Assembly: GCF_036588685.1 (NCBI RefSeq)
Contig: NC_086374.1
Location: 69,626,001-69,690,000, forward strand
Origin: Mytilus trossulus
Taxonomy: Eukaryota
Direction: 5' to 3'
Length of the DNA: 64,000 nucleotides
Each line of letters starts with the position of its first letter. Within the stretch, counting starts at the first letter, position 1. Below are positions 50,516 to 61,855 of this stretch, in pieces. The notes beneath the pieces were generated by a model. That model did no database searches. It was not told the DNA's origin and saw only the letters and a list, made by a program, of their open reading frames with translations. A program made the translations under genes and the position numbers.

Positions 50516-51173
50516 ATAATTAGAAAACACATTGTGGTTTAAACAGATGTATATTTGTACAAAATGCTTTTTTTTATATCTGCATTAAGATTTCTCTATA
50601 TATTATTAAGTTATTATTTATAATATTGATGATAAGTATAATTTAAAAAATATTCGGAAAGAGTAAAGGATAATTTAGATCTATCTGTTTTGGTAACAGT
50701 ATAATTGTACAAATATCTAGTACATATCTGTATTTTTTTGTTAAGTTTCTCAACCATTTATTTCAACGAGGGTTTCTTACTATCGATATACTAGAGAGGA
50801 TCATAACAAACAAAACTTTCCCGATTATCTTATATGTTTAGCATTATATGACTTTAGAATATTTAATAAATCTATTTTTATGCCAATATACTCGAGAAAC
50901 ATGCCTTCATGTCAAGGAATTAGAAATACACTACAATGCGATGAAAACTTCAAGTATAAATACGCATTAAACAGTCTGTATGTGTCAAGTTAGCATGTTT
51001 GGATGCATTTTAAAATCCATGGGGATATAATTCGTTGATAGTTAAATGCATAAGAATTATTTATAGTAAACGACACATAACTTGGAATTGTGATAAATGA
51101 CGTATCGAATTAAGAATTATTTTTTTGGTTCTACTTTAAAAAGAGATGCGACTGGTACCAACCATCAAAATTT

Positions 51174-51339
51174 TTTATCAGTTCAGATGTTGTCAAAGAT
51201 CTGCCTTTTGGTATGAAGACTATGAAGCTTACAACTGGAGAAATAGTCACAGTGTCAAATTCGATCCCAAGCCTTGCACCTACATCTCTTGTTAATCAGT
51301 AAATTCAGTTCTGTGATTCAGAAAATGTTGGTCATTTAG
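51174..51339 (+). pseudogene. DNA-transposon transposase fragment (Sola-like)
   Basis: FISSDVVKDLPFGMKTMKLTTGEIVTVSNSIPSLAPTSLVNQ*IQFC resembles the DLPFG.KT.KLS.GE motif I associate with Sola3-type transposases; contains an in-frame stop. Confidence 0.5.
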
Positions 51340-51524
51340 GTCAGTTTATGATAAGATCGATAAACACTTTTAAACTTATAATGATTTTGATTTGAGCCCA
51401 CTGATGAAATTTCTAATAATTGACAAAACTCACATCTGGTGTTGAAACAATTATGAACCTGGTACCCTTGATTGAAGTATTGAACACAGATACAGATAAA
51501 AAATTAAAAACCAATTCGTCAGAG

Positions 51525-52769
51525 AACAATTGAAGGTCTTTCCACCTCGATAATAAGAATGAAATTTTAAAAAAGATGTTAGAAAAGGTCACTCCTTGTT
51601 AATGTAATTTGGTACCTCAAACTGATATAAAAAATAAGATTAATAGGTATACTATGCAGAAAACTTAATTGTTTTATAATGAACAAGAAAGAATTATAGC
51701 AAAGGTCAAAATCTAGAACGTCAAGTTGACCTTCGACCTTGACATCAATTTCAAGGTCATAGGTCAGTGATCTCAAATCAAAAGACCCCAGATCAATCAC
51801 TTTTATGGTTGTGGAGAAATACCGATTTCAAATACAAAGGGGGAGAAAACTCTTATAAGGGGTTGACCAAAACACTTCGACTTAATGGGTTGAAGTTGCC
51901 CCTTATTGTAAACAGTAATTTTGCAAACATATCATAACATTAATTGTTACAGTTTCTTTTGAATAACGATAACAAGCAAAATTCTAAAATTTATAACATG
52001 ACCTTGACCTTTGACCTTGATCTAAATTTCTAGGTCATGGGTCAGTGAACTCAAATTGGAAGGTCCGAGGTCAATCACTTTTATGGTTGTGGAGAAATAA
52101 TGATTTAAAATACATAAGGGGAGAAAACTCCTATAAGGGTTAACCAAAACACTTCGACTGAATAGGTTGAAGTTGCACCTTATTGTAAAAAGTAATTTGG
52201 CAAACATATCATATCATTAAATGTTACAGTTTCTTTTGAATACGATAACAAGCAAAATTCAAAATTTATAACATGACCTTGACCTTTGACCTTGACCTCA
52301 ATTTCCTTCAAATGGACCAATGACTTCATATCAAAAGATTGTGGTTCTCTACGACTTATACCGTATGAATTTATCCAACATATCGTTTATCTTCAATTTT
52401 GAAGGGGAAACAACTCCCATAAGAAGTCTTCCAATCACTCCAGTCAAAATAAAACAAATCATTCTTAAGAGTAGACAAACAATTTGGTGAAAACAGTTTG
52501 TAAAAATCTTTTAAGTTTTTAGAGATATAGCGATAACAAGAAAAAGGGGAGATAACTACTATAAGAATAAGTGTTCGGTCACACAGGGTGAGTTTTGAAA
52601 CCTTCATTACTGTACAACATCATTGGCCAAACATCCATTTGATATGTTGTAAAACATCCATTTGATATGTTGTAAAACAAAAAAGCATCTCAGACGGCAG
52701 AAGAAAAAAAGAAAAAAATAATCAGAAGAAAAACAAAAGGTCTTTCCACGAAAAGTGGAAAGACCTAAT
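51525..52769 (+). mobile_element. Helentron-associated non-autonomous element with about 275-bp internal repeats
   Basis: 5' AGGTCTTTCCAC, 3' hairpin AGGTCTTTCCAC-GAAAA-GTGGAAAGACCT, and TGACCTTGACCTTTGACC-containing units with a 275-bp period. Confidence 0.7.
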
Positions 52770-54329
52770 AATAAATTAAAGGGTGCAAAATCGTGGAATT
52801 AGGAATTGAAAAGCCTCGTCTGCTATCACAGACACAAAAAGAAAACATACAGGTTTTATTCATGGAGTTTTCATTCAAACATCATTTAAAAAGTCTTTAA
52901 GGAACATCATGTCATATATATAAATTTTATTTACAAATTGATACATATATCTATAATTTACTGATAAAATACACAAAGTATATCTAATATTGTCGAATTC
53001 AATACATATCTTTTATTTTCTAAATTATTATTTCTTTTATTCTTTGAGTTGAGTTATAAAGCACTGACCAGAGCACATTTTGTATGGTCGAATCATATTG
53101 AAAATGTGTGCTTCTTTGTGTTATTGTTCTATAACAATTTCTGTATTCTTGTCTTTGTCTATACGCTTTTGCGTGTTTTTTTTTTAAATGACGTGGCTCT
53201 GTTCTATGATAATTTTTGTATTCTTATCTTTCTTTTTCGCTAATATGCTTGAATTTGTCTATATGCCTTTTTGTTTTCATTGTTACATATGTCGTGGCTA
53301 TGTACTTCAAGGTATTGCGTTATTGATCTATGGCAAATGTTTAATTATGTATTTGTTTGTTTTATTGTGATTGAGACAATAACATAATGTTGACTGCTGT
53401 ACCCCTATTTTGACATTCTTAACTGTTTTGTCTGACTAATTTTTGTCTGTTTGTATTGTTCGCACATCGTTGTCAATTTTATGGAATTTTATGCTTCTGT
53501 CATAAAAGTGAGAGGTTTAGCCTAAATATACAACCAGGTTTAATCTACCATTTTCTACATACGAAAATGCCGGTACAAAATCAGGAATACGACAATTGTT
53601 ATCCATTCGTTTGATGTGTTTTAGCTTTTGAATTTGCCATTTGATTAGGGACTTTCTTTTATAAATTCAGTAATTTTGTGATTATACCTTTTACAACACC
53701 GCTTTAGAATTACAAAAAGAAACATTCAATAATGTTGATGCAATCAACATTATAACTTTGGTCTTTTTCTGTATATTAGTAAAAACAGTGTCAGACAGAG
53801 GCGTGTTTAGTCACACATATTACATTGTTGGGGGAAATAAGATATAATATAAGATACTAGATTGTCAATGTCCGAAAAATGTCAACTTTTTTGTTTGAGG
53901 TTTAGAAAATTAAGGAAGGGTAAGATACTTTTTTCAGTCATTAACCTTGAATGATTTTAATACTAGAGTTAAAAATGGCTACAATTATAATTATGAAAAA
54001 ATTAAAACTGTTTCCTTCCTTAAACGAATCCTTGATTGTGAAGAAAAGAAAAATAACATGAAAGTGATATTGTACCAAATATGCATGTGTTACTATCATT
54101 AGCAGATAAAGTTCTAGATGCAGTTAACAATTCTTTGGAATCAAAACCATGGAGTCGTAGGCATCTGTTAATAATGTAATCATTCAATTTAAGCATAAGT
54201 AAAGTTTCAAGGTGAATACTATTAATTCATTTATTTTCATGGGTATCAACTTTCGCATTCCAAAAACTAAAATAGGGTTTTTCACTGTATACAATTATTT
54301 GTTGATATTTTATTGTGAAAGAAGTGATT

Positions 54330-55565
54330 ATCTATGAGACACTTAACCGTACGTAAATTTCAATTATTGTGTTATCTTTTCCATGTTATAAACATATTAG
54401 TACTAACAACTTCGTATTACATGCTGAAATTATTTATATCAGAAACAAAAATAACTAATTCGATAACATATTTTGCCAATGATGCTTTCTTATAACCAAC
54501 TTCAAATAACACTGTACACGAATACATGTAAATCAGTTGAACCTGTTAACATCGTATTGCTTTAATGAGCATAAATCACTACTAAAAAGAATAAACATTT
54601 AAGGGATTTTATTTATTAAACATGAAAAATTGAAGCTTACTTCCTGTTACATGCATATATAACCACCTTTATTAAGACGTCGAACGGTGGGATTGCATTT
54701 GATAGAATAATAAATTTAATGCTAACTAAAATTACATTGCGGTATCTTTGATTTTTTACATACTGCATCTGTTTTAAGTAGAATATCTGCTTTAACATGC
54801 AAAGACCACCACGTTACATTTACTATGATATTAGTAAATTGAATTAATGGTTGGTTACTAGACGACATGAAATGAATCAATATAAACAGGTAATTTCCTT
54901 TTTTATAAACAGCCTTGTGCCGTCAGTGCAGGGTTTGAACATTGATAACTTATTATAAATAGCAACACGAAAAACAACCATGAAAACAAACTCGAAAAGA
55001 AAACACAAACACGCTGTTTTTTTACGTTTTGAAACCGATTAAATTTAAATTTCCGTGCGCTGATATAAAATTTGCTTGTAGCAACAGTTCTTAAACATCT
55101 CTTAATAAAAAATTAGAGGAATCAAAATGACGTACTTATCATGTTAGTCATAATAAACACAACTGTGTCATTTTGCATGTCAAGAAATAGAATTTTGCAG
55201 CAGAAACCAAGCATAATCCGGCTCTTTTTTTTATTATAGTATCTAAAATCAAGAAAAAGGAAATTTGGACTCGCAGCTTTTACAATTTTTATTTTCTTCT
55301 CGGTGATCACTTCATCTTATTTAACTTGATGGTCACAGAATAGTTAAAATAAAATAAACAGTCACAAAATCAAACCAGAAACCCATATTTATCTTAATGA
55401 TATCAATATTAGCCAAAACATAAACATATCAATGTAATTACAACACGATATAAACAGTAGTAAATGAAGGCTAAAATACATCTATCTACTGATAATAAAA
55501 ACATGCAGTCTTATTTTCTATTATCGTCCACTTTACCATAGAATAAGTTTTATTTAGCAACATCA
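54330..55565 (-). pseudogene. Decayed multi-exon paralog C
   Basis: Homologous blocks MLLNKTYSM|, ..FWLILISL and ..NVTWWSLHVKADILL; stops and a mutated acceptor. Confidence 0.45.
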
Positions 55566-55619
55566 TAAATACTGGTACAAGAAAAAACTCATTTAAGATA
55601 CCAGGCTTCTAAATTAAGA

Positions 55620-55663
55620 CATCAGATGGACGTTTCATCTACAAAAGACTCATCAGTGACACT
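55620..55663 (-). ncRNA. Near-intact type I hammerhead motif (second repeat family)
   Basis: Minus strand gtgtca CTGATGA gtc ttttgta gat GAAA cgtcca TC tgatg; stem III is mutated. Confidence 0.45.
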
Positions 55664-56195
55664 CGAATCAAATTTAGATTTTAAAAGCTAAATAAAGTTC
55701 AAAGTTGTAAATCAAAGAGGACCCACAATTCCGAAAGGTTTTACCATGCAAATAAAGAGACACGAAGCATTGTAAAACCAATGTAAAGCTTACACAAATT
55801 CAGATTGTATAACTGTATACCGACATGAAGATCTTATATTTCATTACATATGTTTGTAAGTTCTAATTGTCAATATAACTGATAAATATTATTCAAAAAT
55901 GCTACACCCTGTCAATAACCATCGGACAATGGAAAGATCAAAAGGGCACTTGAAATATTTCTGTTTTGATGATTTTGTAATCGTAAACAATATTTAGATT
56001 TTTTTTCAGGATGTATTACCCTTATTTTAACATCTTCTTGACTGATTGGGCAGGACTAGTACTAAATATATCCCGTGATTTTGATTAATTATGTTTTATG
56101 AACTATGACTTTAAGTTTTTGAACAAAATATGTGTTTATGCAAATATACGCACGAGGAACGAGGATTGTATTACTATTATGTAATATGTAGCTAT

Positions 56196-58228
56196 TACGG
56201 GGCGCCGAATGGGACTCTTGTGGTTTTGTACAAAATTCAATTCTGTCATAACAAAATCATTTTTGTCTTACAAAACTATGTGCTGCAGACTTGTTTTGTG
56301 AGAACTTCAATTTTGTGATGACAAAGTTCATTTGTGTAGACAAAATTCATTTTTGTATATTAATTCATATACTGAACGGCTATAGAAACGCAACACTAGA
56401 TAATTTTTGTGTTATTTTTGAATGAACTTTTCTGTTACTAACGCCAAAATGATTATCAGAAAGGTCAACAAATTCTGTCTGACATTTTTTGGGTTCTGTT
56501 TTACACCTTCTGATTTTGCATTTGTTCAACCCATTAATTGGTTTTGGCAATTATGTGGTTGGAACTTGAGGGCTTTACAGGTTTTCCTTCAGTCAATTCT
56601 TTGGCAATGCAGTTAATGGTTAACATTTATGGCATGAATCTGAACTCAATGGCACTTGGCAATTTGGTTATCAGTTGACGTTGCGGCCGTAAACATGATT
56701 GGCAAATGACGTTGCATATTCAAATTCTTTTGATGTTTCATTGTCACTACACGTTGATCTGTTCATTGATGGCCAGCAACACATCTTGTCTACTTGTATC
56801 GTTGTCGGAAGGACAGTAGAACGAGTTTCTGATGTCATACGGTATGGTTGCAGCACATTTACGTTTTCATGTTTGCAGTATTCTTAAGGGCTAATTCAGT
56901 TCCTCGTTTGTAATATTTCTCAGACTTGGCAAAATGGAGATGCAACATTTAAAAAAAAAGTAAGTCAGGCAAAGGATTGAAAGAACTGTTTCACAAAGCA
57001 AAAAAACTGAAACAATCTTTCATGGGACCAAAATTTCGCTTTAAGAAATTCGTGCGACTTCAAAAATTCGGTATGTTCAATAACCACAGGTAAGTCAGAT
57101 TTTGATTTTTTGTAAGGAGAAAGAAGCATGATAAGCATGAAAAGTAGTTGTAAGAGAATCAAAAACGATTTGGTAAAATAAATCAAAAAAATTAGTGTTG
57201 CGTTTCTAAAGCCGTTCAGTATATTTGTCATGACAAAAGTCAATTTTGTCTAAAAGGTATGCAAATATAAACATATTTGCAAACAAAATTGACTTTTGTT
57301 AACTGATATGGAAATCAAATCACAAAAGTCAATTGTGTGAGGTAAGATTCAATTTTGTGAGACAAAATTCATTTTTGTGAGACAAAATTCAATTTTGTCA
57401 ATTTTGTTGAGACAAAAGTCAATTTTGTTAATTTTGTTGAGACAAAAATCAATTTTGTCAATTTTGTTGAGACAAAAATTTGTCTCAACAAAGTTGACAA
57501 AATTAAAAACAATTTTGTTAATTTTGTTGAGACAAAAGTCAATTTTGTCAATTTTGTCAATTTTGTTGAGACAAAAGTCAATTTTGTGACGACAAAATTC
57601 ATTTTTGTAACAACAAAATTGACTTTCATGAGACAAAATTGACTTTCGTGAGACAAAAATCAAGTTTGTTGAGACAAAATTCAATTTTGTCAATTTTGTT
57701 GAGACAAAATTCAATCATTTGTCAATTTTGTTGAGACAAAATTCAATTTTGTCAATTTTGTTGAGACAAAAGTCAATTTTGTCTCACAAAAGTCAATTTT
57801 GTCAATTTTGTTTATCACATTGATCAATTTTGTCTCACAAAAGTCAATTTTGTCTCACAAAAGTCAATTTTGTCTCACAAAGGTCAATTTTGTCTCACAA
57901 AAGTCAATTTTGTGTAACAAAAGTCGATTTTGTATGCAAATTAGTTCACAGAAACCAAACTAAACTAATTTGAATACAAAATTGACTTTTGTCGCCCAAT
58001 TTTCAAATTAGGTAACAAAAGTCAAGTCTGTGTAACAAAAATGAATTTTGTCATGACAAAAGTGACTTTTGTCCGCTGATAGATAATTTTGTATGACAAA
58101 ATTTTAAATTTGTAGTATGATCAAATTTTGTTAAACTGAACTCATTTTTGTTGAACAAAAGTTACTTTTGTCCGTACAACATTGAATTTTGAGTACAAAA
58201 CTACAAGAGTCCCATTCGGCACCCCGTA
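56196..58228. mobile_element. Long copy of the TACGGGGC-TIR element (TSD GCTAT) with an expanded internal tandem array
   Basis: Same TIRs as 18027-18385, in inverted orientation; GACAAAATTCAATTTTGT-type array at about 57340-58150. Confidence 0.9.
56370..57221. mobile_element. Nested Tc1/mariner-type non-autonomous element with TA TSD
   Basis: TIR TACTGAACGGCTATAGAAACGCAACACTA / TAGTGTTGCGTTTCTAAAGCCGTTCAGTA; the short host copy has the empty site AATTCA-TA-TTTGTC. Confidence 0.85.
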
Positions 58229-58689
58229 GCTATGTTAGGTTCTAAAATAAATATGCATTAAACGGTCTTTATGCTTCACGTTATTAATCTATTTTTTGCA
58301 GATAGAACAGGCACGATTTAATTCTTATATGGTTCATTGCACAAAAGTTATATAAAATCAGTACAGTAACACTGAACATGGAATCGTGATAAATTACGAG
58401 TCAAATTTAGAGGCAATTTTTCTGTTCTTCGATAAAAAAAAAAATAGAGCCGAGAGATATAAAAAAGAACTGGCAATATCATGGTATAGAAGATTGTATA
58501 CAAATACAATTTGCACGTTTATTTGTAAATCAGTTACGTCATGCTTGAACTAATTTAAGCTGTATAATTCATTCAAGTGTCCTTTGACGTCATGCTTTTT
58601 GTTCATCTAAGCAAGATCTTTATCTCCACCTATAACTTGATGGCTTTAGATGAGTTAGATAAAAGAAACAGTCAAAAATTCGAACAGAA

Positions 58690-58872
58690 ACCAAAACTTA
58701 TCTTAATGATATCAATATTAACGAAAACATAAACATGGCAACGTAAAAGCAACACAATATAAACAGTTGTAAATGCAAGTCTAAAATGCTTTTATCCAAT
58801 AGTAAAAATATGCACAGTTATATTCTATAATCGTTCATTTTACCTTAGAATAAGTTAAAGTAAGCAGCATCA
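58690..58872 (-). pseudogene. Decayed paralog D (5' exons only)
   Basis: MLLTLTYSK| and ..AMFMFSLILISL, homologous to paralogs B and C. Confidence 0.4.
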
Positions 58873-60034
58873 AACATACTGTTACAAGAAAAAAATAATT
58901 AAAGATACCAGGATTAAAATGTGTACTACAGATGCGCGTTTCATCTACAAAATAATGTACGTTTCATGTTTGGGTGCATTTTGAAATCGATTTTTGCAGA
59001 TGTGATTGGGGTGATTTGATTCTCAAATGTTTTTGTGCATAATAGTAATGTAAAGTTAACAGTATAATGACAGTGAACTTGGAATCGTGAAAAATGTCGA
59101 GTCAAATTTAGCGTGTTTTTTTCTGTCCTACGATAAAAATTAAAAAATAAAATAGAGGCGAAAGATATCAAACTTGTGTAGAAAAGTAATTTCTGTCATT
59201 GAAAATAACATGTTTAAGAATATAAAGGTATTACTGCATTCAGTTAAATAGAAAAGGAGAAAATATGAGCATGTTTGTAGTTATACTCGAATTAAACTAT
59301 TGTCGTACTGACATTTGGTTTAATACAATATAATGTTAGGAAAATACCAATCATACATAGTATACTAATCTCATTATGCCAAATAAAAATATAGTGTTTT
59401 CTATTTCCCTACCTATCCTTTTTAAGCTTAGAAATAGCCTACCTTGAAGATTTTTTGGGTCATTTTCCAATAAGAACAGTTAAATCAGAATTTCTCTCCC
59501 GTAAACTCAATGTAAAAAAAGATTTTAAAATATAAAAAATCCCTAACTACCTTCATATAGTTTTCAAAATGTAATAGGAAACACACATATTATTTTATTT
59601 GGTCTGCGTTTGAGAGTAGAACCTTTCTAGGAAAAAAGTTAAAAGAAAGTTTAGAAAAGTGCTATGGTAGATTTTTATGACAGTTCTAAGGAGAGTAAGA
59701 GAGGTTACATCTGATCCTACATGTATGTGCTTTTCTCCATAATGCTTTCATGTGACCTTTTAATAGTTATCAAAGATACCAGGCTTAGAATTTAACACAC
59801 CAGACGCGCGTTTTTTCGTCATCAGTGACGCTCAGATCAACTGGACATTTGAATCTTAGATTAGATAGGTCTAACAATTAAGGTGAATATCGGATAAGTC
59901 AGTAATATTTACTGTACCTACATTCAAGTAGTTACGGACCTTCAAACTGAAATATCCAAGGTCATGCTGTGAACCTGACCTTCAAAATATACAAGGGTGT
60001 TAGGATAGATCTAAACAAAAAAAAGATGTCTTAC

Positions 60035-60326
60035 CTACTTCGTCGATGTCCTTTGACATATTTAATGAAACTATCAGTAAAATTCCACTGAGCAAAATAA
60101 AAATACTCCCAATGAGCATGATTCCACGGGCAAGTCTTTTCCTAGCCGCTTCATCATGAAAAATTTTCAAATCGTCTAAAATTGACTTCCGGTGTTTTCT
60201 TAGTGCTGGCTTTGATGCATCAATAACCTCATACTGAGTCGAAATAACTTCAATATTTTCATCTATCTCTCCATCCGGCGAAACATGAATTGCAAGAAAT
60301 TTAACATAATTTGGCGATTCTTGCAT
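60035..60326 (-). CDS. Exon of a small single-pass membrane protein of unknown function
   Basis: 97-codon ORF with a basic patch (AARKRLAR) followed by a TM helix GIMLIGSIFILLSGILLIVSL; ends at a strong donor GTA G|gtaaga; candidate tiny last exon 59946-59942. Confidence 0.6.
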
Positions 60327-61828
60327 TTCTTCGATATAAAGCTGACCCGTTTCGCTATATGTTTTATTTCTGCATCATAATGGTATCCTTTTGTATAGTA
60401 TGGTTCCAATGCGCTCAAGAGATACTATTTATCCGATTAAATTCAAACTATTTTCACAGCATCAAATACATTATTTAAAAATCTTTAATTTCTCTAGTGA
60501 CACGAAAATTCCTTCCTGTCAGAATTTACATTCCGTATGACACAATATAACAACAAAATGAACTATTATTTGAATATATGATGCAAAACATAAAGTCTCA
60601 TTCGTCTTGTTTAACTTAAAGTTTCTGATGATTAAGAGTGGAAACTCGAAAAACATTTATGTTTGTAAAAATAAGTATATTTAGATGTTATCAACGATAC
60701 AATTGATTTTGTATTTATTGCGGAATGAATATTTCATGATTATAAGATTATAGGTCCGTTCATCTCGCGAGATCTGATTCATATGTATATATGGAACTGC
60801 TTTTGTATAAAATTATATTCAACGAGAACGCAAATTTATAATCCCTCTAAATTTTGAAAAAATACCTGAAATTCGAATTACTTTTTTGACATTTTAATGC
60901 ATGTTTTGTCCTCATTTCCTTGTATCTAACATGCATTAAAATTCTAAAACTGATACAAAAGCTATTCTTTCGATGTAAACTCCGACATTTTATTACTGAC
61001 AAAACTGATTTATTTCCATCATTTTTTACACAATCTTATCATTAATATCACATTAATCAAAAGCCAATAACTTATTCCCAGAATAACTGTAGGAAGGCAG
61101 AGTTGTTTTCAAACAATGCACTGCTGAGAAATTCTATTAGAATTGTCTAAGGCTGAAAGAAGCTATTCTCAATCTATCAGCAAGTTCTTTCTTGCTTCAT
61201 TGATGAACTTTGTGGAGCATCAAATTCTTCCATTTTTCTTTCATCGTGTTATATCTAGTAGCGTAAGTCGGTATTATTTTCTGGAAATTTCTATACAATC
61301 CTACTTGTTGAAATGTTTCAGAAATAAAACATGGATTCTCACTTGATGTCACGCTTCATTGATTATTTTCCATTGCAAAAGAACTGTATTATACCAACCA
61401 TACACTAATACGGAGATTTTTAATTATAAAAATGATGCTTCATGCTTTCAGAATGTAACGGCTCACAATAAAGAAAACTAGTTTAGATTCATTGACTAAT
61501 GAAATGTGTTATAGACACTTTTTACCTAAAGTCATGCCTTTGATAATCGCAAAATCGTTATTGTGTACAGATGCAGTTTTAAAGCCTTATTGATAATTTA
61601 CCAGCCGCAGTGTCATTTAACATGCATGGTTTGATTAAATACCAATGCAATACAATTAAATCATGACGATTTTACATTCTCAACTAAATTAAAAAAAAAT
61701 GTTCAGATTACCTCTTTTTTGCTGTATTGAAAACAGTATTCATATTTGAAAAAACACAAACAACTTTAGTAAATACGAACCGGAATATGCACATATGGTA
61801 CGAATAGTTTGAATTTGATTATATCTAA

Positions 61829-61855
61829 TCTCTCTCTCTCTCTCTCTCTCTCTCT
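61829..61855. repeat. (CT)n microsatellite
   Basis: Direct reading. Confidence 0.9.

Noticed and set aside
57349-57714. ORFs with TKLTKL/NKIDKIDF repeats on both strands
   Set aside because: They are translations of the tandem array inside a MITE.
50350-58705. AG|ATAA(G/A)T at the presumed donor of three paralogs as a U12 AT-AC intron
   Set aside because: It does not match the U12 donor ATATCCTT; a shared GT>AT mutation or a mis-placed boundary is more likely.
61040-61373. Possible decayed minus-strand coding segment (MENNQ*SVTSSENP...)
   Set aside because: Multiple stops, no motif and no second copy to support it.
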